A stretch of DNA of 64,000 nucleotides from Promethearchaeia archaeon (GTDB lineage Archaea > Asgardarchaeota > Lokiarchaeia > Sigyniarchaeales > SOKP01), in NCBI GenBank assembly GCA_046483985.1, contig JAWOCD010000028.1, positions 9,636 to 73,635 on the forward strand. Direction: 5' to 3'. The stretch's first letter is position 1. Each line of letters begins with the position of its first letter. This document shows positions 49,506 through 58,789 of this stretch, piece by piece. The notes beneath the pieces were generated by a model. That model was not told the origin of the DNA, did not search any database, and worked only from the letters and a program-made list of their open reading frames with translations. The translations under genes and the position numbers were made by a program.

Positions 49506-49617
49506 CTCATGTCTTGATTACCTTTTTTTTCTTCGGGTATCCCGAAATAATCTTCTTTTGACCTACTACAGTTTTGCTTTTGTGAGAAAAATAAATATTG
49601 GTTTATTTATTGGATCA

Positions 49618-50631
49618 TTAGTTTAACAACTTCAAGACGGTCGGTATTGCAATAACTGCGACAATGACAATTATTCCGATGATCCACATCGGATCAAATC
49701 CTGAGGAGGAAACTCCACCAATATATGCCATTGCAGAAGCAATAGATTCTACTGCCTCAGTAAGCAGAACTTCTGTCCTGTCGTAATATGCTTGCTGAGT
49801 TGAGTTGTCGTTATCTCTGTCATCTTTATTGGCTGCCCAATCGGAGAAGAAATTTTCGTGAAGCCACTTCGCATCGTGAGCCCCTCCGTGAGACTCATCA
49901 GCATACGTTTCCCATGCCAAATCCACTGCAATATCATAAGGGTTCTTATCTTTCCCAATATCAATACTTCCTAGTTCAAAAAATTCATCTCGATCTTCAT
50001 AATCATTTGTGCGTGTTCCTACACGGCCCTCTACCTTAGAGTGTTGTTCGTGTGTTTCCCACCCGTCAAAATCGACACCTGGGTATCTTTCATCATTGTT
50101 ATTCTGAGCTATGTGGGCATACATACTCATATCGGCTATATAATGCGTCATCGCACCCAGATAAAAAGCCGCTTGTTCCTTTTTTCCCTCCTCTTTATGG
50201 GCATCGGCAAGATTCCCCCATTTCTTTGCCAGCAAAGCCGCATCGTCTTCCAAAACTTCTCCATCTTCGTAAAAATAGATGTGGTGTTTGCTTCTATCAC
50301 CAAAACCTTCTATTTTTTCTCCATCTAAAGTAGTTTCTACTTCAGAGTTATCGGGGGCCTCGGTACCCAATAAGAAAATCTTTTTCATTTCTGCTTGATT
50401 CAACCACTGCCAATTCGACTCATCTTCTTTAATCAATTGATCTAATGCATGTTCTGCTATCCAATCGTGGGTGGCATAGTCCGTCTCATAATCGTAATCT
50501 GTTTTATTGTAAGCATAAGAGCCATTATTCCAAGCGTTTACATATAAGATGTTGGAGAGGAAAATTATTGTGAATAAAGCCCCGATAAGGAATCTAGTAT
50601 AATATTTTTTTCTTTTTTTTAATCTCATCAT
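49618..50631 (-). CDS. Zinc-dependent phospholipase C / S1-P1 nuclease fold protein, C-terminally anchored
   Basis: Signal peptide, then W...TH, PD, HYIAD..H and H...E zinc ligands. Confidence 0.8.
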   Translation of the reverse strand: MMRLKKRKKYYTRFLIGALFTIIFLSNILYVNAWNNGSYAYNKTDYDYETDYATHDWIAEHALDQLIKEDESNWQWLNQAEMKKIFLLGTEAPDNSEVETTLDGEKIEGFGDRSKHHIYFYEDGEVLEDDAALLAKKWGNLADAHKEEGKKEQAAFYLGAMTHYIADMSMYAHIAQNNNDERYPGVDFDGWETHEQHSKVEGRVGTRTNDYEDRDEFFELGSIDIGKDKNPYDIAVDLAWETYADESHGGAHDAKWLHENFFSDWAANKDDRDNDNSTQQAYYDRTEVLLTEAVESIASAMAYIGGVSSSGFDPMWIIGIIVIVAVIAIPTVLKLLN

Positions 50632-50924
50632 TTTAAAGCAAATATATTTCTTATTATTGAATATTAATAACTCACTATAATAAAAATAGAGTCCTATTAA
50701 TTAGTAAATAAACAAAGTATTCCATCTCGAAGAATTATCTCAATAAATTAAAAACGTAAAATAGATAAATCTTAGATTCCAATAGACAAACATAGGATCC
50801 ATAATTATTGAATTGTGCAAGAATTTGGTTTAATGAGAAGACCTATGAAACCCAGAATTTTAGAGAAACGCCTTGGCAAATTTTGCATAAGGTCAAAATT
50901 GTGAATAAAGAATTAAAAATTTAT

Positions 50925-50971
50925 CATAGACGGCAAAAGAAAACACCGCCCTTTAGGGCGTGGTAGTTCAA
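50925..50971 (+). repeat. Minimal 47-bp single-hairpin element (family B)
   Basis: TTTAT|CATAGACGGCAAAAGAAAACACCGCCC-TTTA-GGGCGTGGTAGTTCAA. Confidence 0.75.
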
Positions 50972-51121
50972 GTAAATTATTCGACTTAAGTTTTCGCGAA
51001 ACAGAAAAGGATTTAATAAATGAGGTTTCAGAGGAACTTCGGGCTGTTTTTGAATTCAAATTAGAATGGATAACGTAATAATTCAAAATGTTCTTATAGC
51101 ATTTAAAATATGTGATAAATA

Positions 51122-52612
51122 ATGAGTGAACAACGATTATATCAACCGGATTTCTCGGGAATTTTCGGGAAACGGTTCGCGAATGCGTTTCTTTATGGCA
51201 CAATTGATAGCCTTATTTGGCCTATTCTGACAGACGTTTCGCCATCACCCCCATTAGAAACATTATTGTCTATGACGAATCAGGAAGGGGATCCCTATTT
51301 TTATCGGCGCGGAATATCCCTTAATCATCTCAAGGTGGAATTGGACTGTTCGAATATAGATCTCGGGCTCCTTCAAGCAATGAATTTGGGACGGGACTAC
51401 GGTATTAAAAATCAAGATGTCCAAAACGTCCTAGAAAAGGACCCAAAACACTTCAAGGCGATTTTATCGTATGATTTCTCTCAATCGGAAAATATTCAGA
51501 ATGCGCTTTCCGATTTAAGGGCTAAGCAGAAGAAGCTTGATACTGCAGGAGTCGTTCTTTATCCCTCCTATACCAAGTTTGACTTATCAGAAGAAGACGG
51601 AAAGCAATTTGAGAAGTTCCTGCGATTTTGTGATAAAAATAGCCTTTTCCTAAAAATAGATGTTGGAAATCTCTTTTTGCCCGATAATTACTCTGAATTT
51701 ATTACTCCCGATAAATTGAAAGATTTCTTTTCCCGTCATTCAAAAAATACGTTTATCTTGAGCGGCTTAGACATCTCAGGCGATTTCACACTTTACTATC
51801 AGCTGCTCAAATATTATAACAATGTATGGATCGAACTGGATCCTCGTAGTTTTGGGGGATCTACTCCCGCAGCGTGCTTTACAAAATTTTTTGATCTGAA
51901 CGGATTTATCCCGAATTCATGGTATCGATTCTGTATTGGGAGTGCCACTCCAACGTTAGAGTCATCTCAAATGATGCGAGGTTTTCTGGAGGCAACGGAA
52001 GATCTTACTTTTGCCCAAAGGAATTTGCTTAGAACATGGGGATTTCGAAATCTGAACCGTTTAAATCCTTCAGTATTCCAGCCCGTGAATTTGCAAAATA
52101 TTGAGAGTTATAAAACACACATTGATCACGCACTTATTGATAAACTTGAAAAGCCAGAAAAAGTGTCTCTTACTTATCGAGTTAAAATGCGAAGCTATAG
52201 TATCACTCAGCTCATTTTCCTTACGGATTTGATTAAGGATGTTTTTGCGGAATCCGTTGAGAAGTATCCAGATTACGCTTCGGGTCAACTTTTGCTTAAA
52301 TCATATCATACAACTACCACTTTAATCGTAAACGAGCATGAGCGGGGAAATTACTTAGACCTTCATTACAAGTTCGCCGAAAAATCCAAACAACCTACCG
52401 ATTCCTATTTGCATACAGTGCGAGCCTTGGAAAACCGGGCAGACTTTAATCATTATGATCACGAACTGGCAAGCACCTACGGGAATCGCCAGTTAATCAT
52501 CCCGATTGTTAATCAAAACTTGGAAATAGGTGGGCGAGAGAACTATTATATCCTTGTCACATTTGGACCCCGAACATTTAATATTTTAATCAAGATTGAC
52601 TTATTTAAATAG
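51122..52612 (+). CDS. Amidohydrolase-like TIM barrel fused to YjbQ (UPF0047) domain
   Basis: GVVLYP and IGSATP barrel motifs. C-terminal HTTTTLIVNE and G..LIIPI....L.IG....GPR. Confidence 0.7.
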   Translation: MSEQRLYQPDFSGIFGKRFANAFLYGTIDSLIWPILTDVSPSPPLETLLSMTNQEGDPYFYRRGISLNHLKVELDCSNIDLGLLQAMNLGRDYGIKNQDVQNVLEKDPKHFKAILSYDFSQSENIQNALSDLRAKQKKLDTAGVVLYPSYTKFDLSEEDGKQFEKFLRFCDKNSLFLKIDVGNLFLPDNYSEFITPDKLKDFFSRHSKNTFILSGLDISGDFTLYYQLLKYYNNVWIELDPRSFGGSTPAACFTKFFDLNGFIPNSWYRFCIGSATPTLESSQMMRGFLEATEDLTFAQRNLLRTWGFRNLNRLNPSVFQPVNLQNIESYKTHIDHALIDKLEKPEKVSLTYRVKMRSYSITQLIFLTDLIKDVFAESVEKYPDYASGQLLLKSYHTTTTLIVNEHERGNYLDLHYKFAEKSKQPTDSYLHTVRALENRADFNHYDHELASTYGNRQLIIPIVNQNLEIGGRENYYILVTFGPRTFNILIKIDLFK

Positions 52613-52794
52613 AATAAGCAATAAAGAGCGGGGTCATTATGCTTGTATAAATGCGAATCCAAAATACGTAATCAACGATTACTATTTCCGTCCAGTTCAA
52701 AAGCATAAAAGCCCCTTGTGAAAGTATAAAGACCTCACATATAACCTTATTCATCGGAAATCTTAGATTTCCTAGGAAAAAATTTAAAAATATA

Positions 52795-54550
52795 GGGGTT
52801 GTTTAAAAATAACTTCCCCTCCCTTAAATACTAATTCTTTTGGAGAAGACAAAATAACATCCCCTCACGCTGGTATATATATCTCTCTTTCCCATAGCCC
52901 CCCGGAAGTCGGATAGGGGCGTGTATTAGCGCGGGCTTATGCAATAATTCCATTGAGGACAGGTACACGAATGTTTGATCTGGAGCGACTTCATCTCCTT
53001 ATTGCTCACCTTAATTCCCGTCTCGTATTCCTTCTCGACGAGGGTCGCATTTACGGTCAATCCCGTTTTCGTGCTCGTTGACTTGATAAGGTCTAAAGCT
53101 TTCGGGTAACTGGTTAACGGTTGACCTGCCCAATTGAGGGAGATAAAACTGAATACCTTCCGCTCGATGGGGTTATACTTCGAAGCGCCCGAAGGATAAT
53201 GGCATACGTAGACATGCAGCCCGAATCGGTCCGCTAACTTGATCTGGAGATCCCGCTTCCATAAACGGCGTCGATAGCCGTTTGAACCGCCGCTATCGCA
53301 CAGAATTAGGAGGTGAGGGCAATTTGGGTAGAGCACTTGCCCGTAGGTCTCCCACCATTGCACGATACAATCCACGGCAAAATCGGATGTCTCATGGCTG
53401 GTACCGCAATATACGTGGGCATCGTGCTCTTGAAGGTCATAGACTCCATAAGGGATAAATATCCCTTTCCCTAAAGAGGGAAAGTCGTGGTCTAACACCG
53501 CCCGGGGGTCCTTACGCCATATCCGACCCTTATTCTTAAAATTTCCGATGTATTCCTTCTTTTTGGCGTCTATGCTAATAACGGGGACACCCCACCCGAT
53601 ACAAGCGTTTTTAAACTTGTTTAGGTACTGAAATTGCGTATCTCGGTCGGGATGGTCGCGTCTATTTACGGTTTTTACATTTTGCCGGAGGGAAATGCCG
53701 AACTTCTTCAAGGTCCTCCAAATCGTCCCGATTGAGGTGGAAATCTGTTTATAGTGCAGTTGATTCCTCATCCAGCGTAAGGTCTTCCTTACCCACTTGT
53801 GTCCGCTCATCGGGTCTCCGGCTACATCATCTTTAATAAGTTTTTGAAGCTCCTCCTCATAACGGGGTTCGCTCTCCGCTTTAGACGGTCGACCACCCCC
53901 CTTCCTGCGAATGCCGCACTTCAAGCGCTTATCACGGCCTTTAAGCTCTTTTTTCCCCCTTCGGACCGTCTTCCTACAGAGCCCCGTGATCTGCGCCGCT
54001 TTTGACACCCCGCCGTTCTTGAATGCCCTGGCCAAAAAGCCCGCGAAAAGCCTCTTGTCCCGCTCATTGTAAACGCTATTCAAAAAAGTTATATCTTTTT
54101 TTAACGTATCCTCCTCTTTTTGGTACTTCTTTTTGGGAAGGCGCCCAAAGAGCTCCCTATACCTGGCTTTTCCCGCGGAAGTCCGCAAATCGACCACTTC
54201 CATTGTCGAGGAGCCGATAAAGTCAAATAAGGTATATTGAATTACTATACTCATTAAACTAATTATTTTATAAGCCATGTGTCTATTTATATTTAATGTT
54301 TTTTGAGATCTTATTATGGAAACTAATGATAACTTTATATATAATAACGAACTATATCTATTTAAATCTTTTGGGTGAGAAAAGAGGGAAATTAACTATC
54401 TTATATTTTTAATATAATTTTAACCCCTTTGTGAACAATTCAATTAGGATATCGAACGATACTTTCATGAATTGGGAGATCGAAGCCTTGAGAAGATCAA
54501 AAAAAGATGAAGCCTTTATAAGGATGGGGAAATTATTTTTGAACAACCCC
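52795..54550 (-). mobile_element. ISAzo13-family insertion sequence, 1756 bp
   Basis: 25-bp TIRs (GGGGTTGTTTAAAAATAACTTCCCC vs GGGGTTGTTCAAAAATAATTTCCCC), ATA duplication on both sides and a GC-richer transposase. Confidence 0.92.
52926..54203 (-). CDS. ISAzo13-family DDE transposase
   Basis: HPDRDTQF, ISIDAKKKE, DHDF, CDSGGSN and SKYNPIE motifs. Start is ATG 54203 or 54278. Confidence 0.92.
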   Translation of the reverse strand: MEVVDLRTSAGKARYRELFGRLPKKKYQKEEDTLKKDITFLNSVYNERDKRLFAGFLARAFKNGGVSKAAQITGLCRKTVRRGKKELKGRDKRLKCGIRRKGGGRPSKAESEPRYEEELQKLIKDDVAGDPMSGHKWVRKTLRWMRNQLHYKQISTSIGTIWRTLKKFGISLRQNVKTVNRRDHPDRDTQFQYLNKFKNACIGWGVPVISIDAKKKEYIGNFKNKGRIWRKDPRAVLDHDFPSLGKGIFIPYGVYDLQEHDAHVYCGTSHETSDFAVDCIVQWWETYGQVLYPNCPHLLILCDSGGSNGYRRRLWKRDLQIKLADRFGLHVYVCHYPSGASKYNPIERKVFSFISLNWAGQPLTSYPKALDLIKSTSTKTGLTVNATLVEKEYETGIKVSNKEMKSLQIKHSCTCPQWNYCISPR

Positions 54551-54776
54551 ATAAAACTTAAAAGCATTAAAATAATTAATTTTAATATAGTTTTTTTATT
54601 AGTTGATTAAATTGAAAAGTACATCAATTTACTTAGAAAAGTATTTGATTGGTAAAACTCTTTCCAATTTATATAAAGAACAATATGGTTTTCTAACCAT
54701 AATAGAATAATTAATTAATTTACTCTACCTTAAATTATATTATCATATTCAAATTATTTTAAATATATGAATTAAA

Positions 54777-56345
54777 ATGTCAGACCAAAAAGAAAAGGAC
54801 TCTCATTCGGAAGAACAAAACAAGGAAAAAGAGAAGAATTCCAAAGAAACAAAGGAGAGTTCTGACAAAAAAAATAAAGATTCAGATAAAGAGAAAGTAC
54901 TTGATAAGGAAGATTTTGATGAAGGCAAATCAGATAATGAAGTAGAAAAGGTTGATAAAGAGTCTCTTACCAAGGCGAAAGACTCTCGAGATCAAATTGA
55001 CAAAGAACTAAAAAAATTTGAAGACAATATAGAAGGAATTTCTGAAGATATTGAAGAAGAAAAACCTCTTCAGGAAAAAGTTGATAAAACTAAGGAAGCC
55101 ATTGATCAAGACCTACAAGATGCTCAAGACGAATTAGAGACATTGGAAAATAAAATAAAAGATAAAAAGGTCTATCTAGATGCCTTAGAAAAGAAAATTT
55201 CCGAGCTTGAAGAGACTTATAATAAAAAGTTAGAACAGAAAAATAACGTCGAAGAGGAGTTAAAATTAATCAAGGAAAGTAAGGAAAAATTAGAAGAAGA
55301 ATACGAGGAACTGAAGAAAAGTAATCAACAACTATCGGAAAATTACGAGAACCGGAAAGTCGATTTGATTGTATTAACTGACAACGTAAAGGAAAAGGTC
55401 ACAAAACGAGATGATCTACGGAATGAAATACAAAAACTAAATAACGAAATTGAGGAAAAAGAAGCTGAGATTGAAAAGAAAAATGAGCGATTAGAATCTT
55501 TAGAAAAAAAGATTCAAAGCCTTCAGACGGAAAATGAGGGCATTAAAGTTTCCATCGAAAAGAATGAGGCTGAATTAGATCACTATAAGAATATAATTGA
55601 AGCGAAGGAAGAAGAGAAAGATCTCTTGGACGAACAAATTGCTAAACGAGAAGAAAACCTCAAGGAAATGGAAAAGCAATACAAGGAATACGAAGAAGGA
55701 TTTCCTGAAATCAAGAAGCAAAGGAAGACCTTTGAAGAGCTCTTAGAAAAATATAAAACTCAAATGAAGGATAAGCAAAAGGAAGTCCTTGAGGTAGAAT
55801 CACGAATTCAAGAATTAAACGATACTTTAGAATCCCTTAAGGAAGAAATCAGAAACAAAGAAGACTTAATAGAGGTTAATGAAAAGCGTTTAAACGATCT
55901 TAAAGAAGGAATTGCCTCTGCCACTAAGGAATATGAAGAGCGAGAGGAACGTTTAGTCGCCACCACCGAAAAGTTGGAGGATACCAAACAAGAATACGAA
56001 AAATTAGAAAAAGCGAAAGAAAACATTGAGGATAGTATTAGCGAATCTAAAGAAAGTTTTCAAAACTTGAAAAAAGAATTGAAGAATCAAGAAAAAGAAA
56101 TAAGAGATAAGGAAGGCCGAATTCATCGATTAGAAGTTCTAAGTGCAATTTATAGACTTTCTAAGTTTTTTGGAGGAATTTTAATTGGATTTGCAATTAT
56201 TTTCTTACTATTCCCGATAGGGATATTTCTCGGATTCTTTAATGGGAGTTTTGATAAGGCTTTTGTTGATTTAATCGCTATATTCTTGATAGTAAGTTCC
56301 ATCTTAATGCTTATTTCTGGATTTTTTCATTTGGAAAAATCCTAA
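54777..56345 (+). CDS. Long coiled-coil protein with two C-terminal TM helices
   Basis: About 390 aa of E/K-rich heptads with no ATPase motifs, and a hydrophobic C-terminal hairpin. Confidence 0.85.
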   Translation: MSDQKEKDSHSEEQNKEKEKNSKETKESSDKKNKDSDKEKVLDKEDFDEGKSDNEVEKVDKESLTKAKDSRDQIDKELKKFEDNIEGISEDIEEEKPLQEKVDKTKEAIDQDLQDAQDELETLENKIKDKKVYLDALEKKISELEETYNKKLEQKNNVEEELKLIKESKEKLEEEYEELKKSNQQLSENYENRKVDLIVLTDNVKEKVTKRDDLRNEIQKLNNEIEEKEAEIEKKNERLESLEKKIQSLQTENEGIKVSIEKNEAELDHYKNIIEAKEEEKDLLDEQIAKREENLKEMEKQYKEYEEGFPEIKKQRKTFEELLEKYKTQMKDKQKEVLEVESRIQELNDTLESLKEEIRNKEDLIEVNEKRLNDLKEGIASATKEYEEREERLVATTEKLEDTKQEYEKLEKAKENIEDSISESKESFQNLKKELKNQEKEIRDKEGRIHRLEVLSAIYRLSKFFGGILIGFAIIFLLFPIGIFLGFFNGSFDKAFVDLIAIFLIVSSILMLISGFFHLEKS

Positions 56346-56411
56346 ATCCCGGGAATAGAATTTTATAATTTAAAAATTGATAAGAATATATTTAAAGGAT
56401 AATGATAGAGC

Positions 56412-58406
56412 ATGAAAACTGAATTGGAAACTGAATCGGAAACTGAATCGGAAACTGAATTGGAAACTGAATTGGATGAGAGGGGAGATGAAGAAGAGGA
56501 GCCCGGATTTGATGAATTTGGGGAAAAAATCGGTCTTTTTGCCTTGGTAATTCTCGGAATTGCATCTTTAACGGGGGCGGGGATCTATTCGCTTATAAGT
56601 CCTACAGTACGCATTGCGGGTCCTGCTGTGATAATTTCCCTCTTTATTGGTTTTTTTTTCGCACTGCTTATTTCAGGCGTTTATTCCGAATTAATAAGTG
56701 TTTATCCAAAAAGCGGCGGCGGCTTCATATTTATTGAAAGAGCTTACGGGGAAAAAGGATTATATATCGGATGGTTAACATGGTTAGCCAATATGTCATA
56801 TGGCGCTTTAGTGTGTCAGACTGCCGCATATTTTATCCTCGATCTTTTTCAGATAAATAGGATTTTTAGTGTCCCTCTTGGCATATCCTTTCTTCTTCTT
56901 ATGGCAACAATAAATACCTTTGGTTCTAAATCCTTATCACAGATTCAAATTCCATTAACGTTTTCCCTTATAATTAGTCTTATTATTGGCGCAATTTATT
57001 TATTCTTCCGCCCAGATACTTCTATTAGTTGGAATTTAGATTATTTTATGCCTTATGGAATATTTCCCGTATTCACGGCGGCAGCTATGTTATTTAATAT
57101 CTTCATTGGATTTGAAGATATAGGTTCAATTGCGGAAGAAGTAAAGAACCCAAAAAAAAATATACCTAAAGCTTTTCTAGTTAATCTATTTGTCGCCACT
57201 ATCATTTACTCTATTGTAATTCTTTCCCTAATCTCATCAACAAGCCTCTCAGCAATTTCGCAAAGTGAAGTTGCATTCCTAGATGCTGTTGCCGGTAATC
57301 AATTAATTTATTTAATAGTTTTTCTGGGTGCAATTTTTGCCCTTCTAGCTACGGCTGGGATCTCTCTGATGGCCTCCTCTCGAAATGTTTATGCTCTATC
57401 CAGGAAAGATTTTATGGATAGAAGATACGGTACTGTAAATGAAGAAACAAATGCTCCCGTAAAGGCTGTATGGTTATCAGCTTTTATTTCGGCATTGATA
57501 TTAACTAGTGGTCAAATAGAATTTTACGCATCTGTTTCGGTTGTATCTTATATGATCAAAATGGTGGTTATGTGTTTCACTCTTTTTAAATTTCGAAAAA
57601 CCGAAGAATACACAGAGGATTCATTTAAAATCCCTTTCCATCCCTACAGTACAATTATGGTAATCTTTATATCAATCTTATTTATAGTATCCATAGAAAC
57701 ATCTAGTTTAATTGTTGCAATTTTCTGGTTATTTCTCGGCTTAATTCTTTATTTATTTTTCAGCAGCAAAAGAAGAGTATATGGAACAATTTTTTTAGTA
57801 ACTGCCTTCTTCTTCATGATATCTTCAATATTTATTGGTATATTAATCATTTTTATTGGATTTGTTTATTATCTCTTGACCATCACCGATCGGACTTCAA
57901 TAAAATTAACATTAGCGGGGATTAAGTTTATTTTTCTTTTCCTAACTATTCTATTAATATGGACAGTTATGAACAGTATTGAAATTTTCTTATTAATTAT
58001 TCTCGTCATTATTTGTATTGTTACCACTCTAAGTATCATCCTTGATATCATTCCGTTTAAAGAATGGATATACTATATTTATAAAAGAAGACATAAAGAA
58101 GTTGCCATTAAAATAGGCGATGGATATATAATTGAATTGAATAAATCTCATAAAAAAATTATCTATCTTTTCAATGATATTTTGGCATATATTCAATTAT
58201 TATCAATGGGTTTTATTTTTTATTTATTTAGTTTGATAATGACCGAAAATCTTGCTATTGAAATTGTTATTTTACACATTACTCTCTCACATATTGCAAG
58301 TAATTATCTTTTTAGCTTTGTAATTTTATTTTTAGCCATCTTTCTTGGATTGAGCGGAGGGTTATCATTATATTACAACAGAGAGTCTAAAAAAATAGGC
58401 ATTTAA
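56412..58406 (+). CDS. APC-family amino acid permease with extra C-terminal TMs
   Basis: GAGIY, AGPA, YSEL..P..GGG, GFE..AEE.KNP and F.IPFHP motifs. Confidence 0.9.
   Translation: MKTELETESETESETELETELDERGDEEEEPGFDEFGEKIGLFALVILGIASLTGAGIYSLISPTVRIAGPAVIISLFIGFFFALLISGVYSELISVYPKSGGGFIFIERAYGEKGLYIGWLTWLANMSYGALVCQTAAYFILDLFQINRIFSVPLGISFLLLMATINTFGSKSLSQIQIPLTFSLIISLIIGAIYLFFRPDTSISWNLDYFMPYGIFPVFTAAAMLFNIFIGFEDIGSIAEEVKNPKKNIPKAFLVNLFVATIIYSIVILSLISSTSLSAISQSEVAFLDAVAGNQLIYLIVFLGAIFALLATAGISLMASSRNVYALSRKDFMDRRYGTVNEETNAPVKAVWLSAFISALILTSGQIEFYASVSVVSYMIKMVVMCFTLFKFRKTEEYTEDSFKIPFHPYSTIMVIFISILFIVSIETSSLIVAIFWLFLGLILYLFFSSKRRVYGTIFLVTAFFFMISSIFIGILIIFIGFVYYLLTITDRTSIKLTLAGIKFIFLFLTILLIWTVMNSIEIFLLIILVIICIVTTLSIILDIIPFKEWIYYIYKRRHKEVAIKIGDGYIIELNKSHKKIIYLFNDILAYIQLLSMGFIFYLFSLIMTENLAIEIVILHITLSHIASNYLFSFVILFLAIFLGLSGGLSLYYNRESKKIGI
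56416..56475 (+). repeat. 5 x 12-bp in-frame tandem repeat
   Basis: AAACTGAATYGG x5, encoding TE(L/S)E units. Confidence 0.95.
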
Positions 58407-58789
58407 AAAGTTGATTACTGTTGTAACTAGTTGAAAAAAACTTTGACAAACTTGGACATCTCCATTATCGAAGCTCTTTCGGGTTCTATTCCTATTTTCC
58501 GAGGGGGACATAAATCAAAAAATGCCCGGACAAAGTCGTTATACTTAAATTCATGAAAATTGGCTCTGAATTTGTTTTCAATTCCGTATTATTTATAATG
58601 AGAGATTTACTCACCTTTGGAGGGATGGTCTCTTCTCTATTTTAATCAAAAACTTAGAAAGGCTGAAAAATTCTAATTAAATGATTATTTATTGTATTAT
58701 CTCTATTAATCTTTTAATTTTGATTTTGAAATAAACAAACTTTATATTACAGATTTTTTTATCCAACTAAAATAAAATGAGGTTATAAT

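Noticed and set aside
50913-51203. 96-aa minus-strand ORF
   Set aside because: It overlaps the next gene's start and reads through the 47-bp element, with no coding signal.
52605-52754. 49-aa hydrophobic minus-strand ORF beside the IS
   Set aside because: Short, with no motif, and it overlaps the neighbouring gene's end.
54777-56345. SMC/Rad50 annotation
   Set aside because: No Walker motifs or hinge, and it has TM helices.
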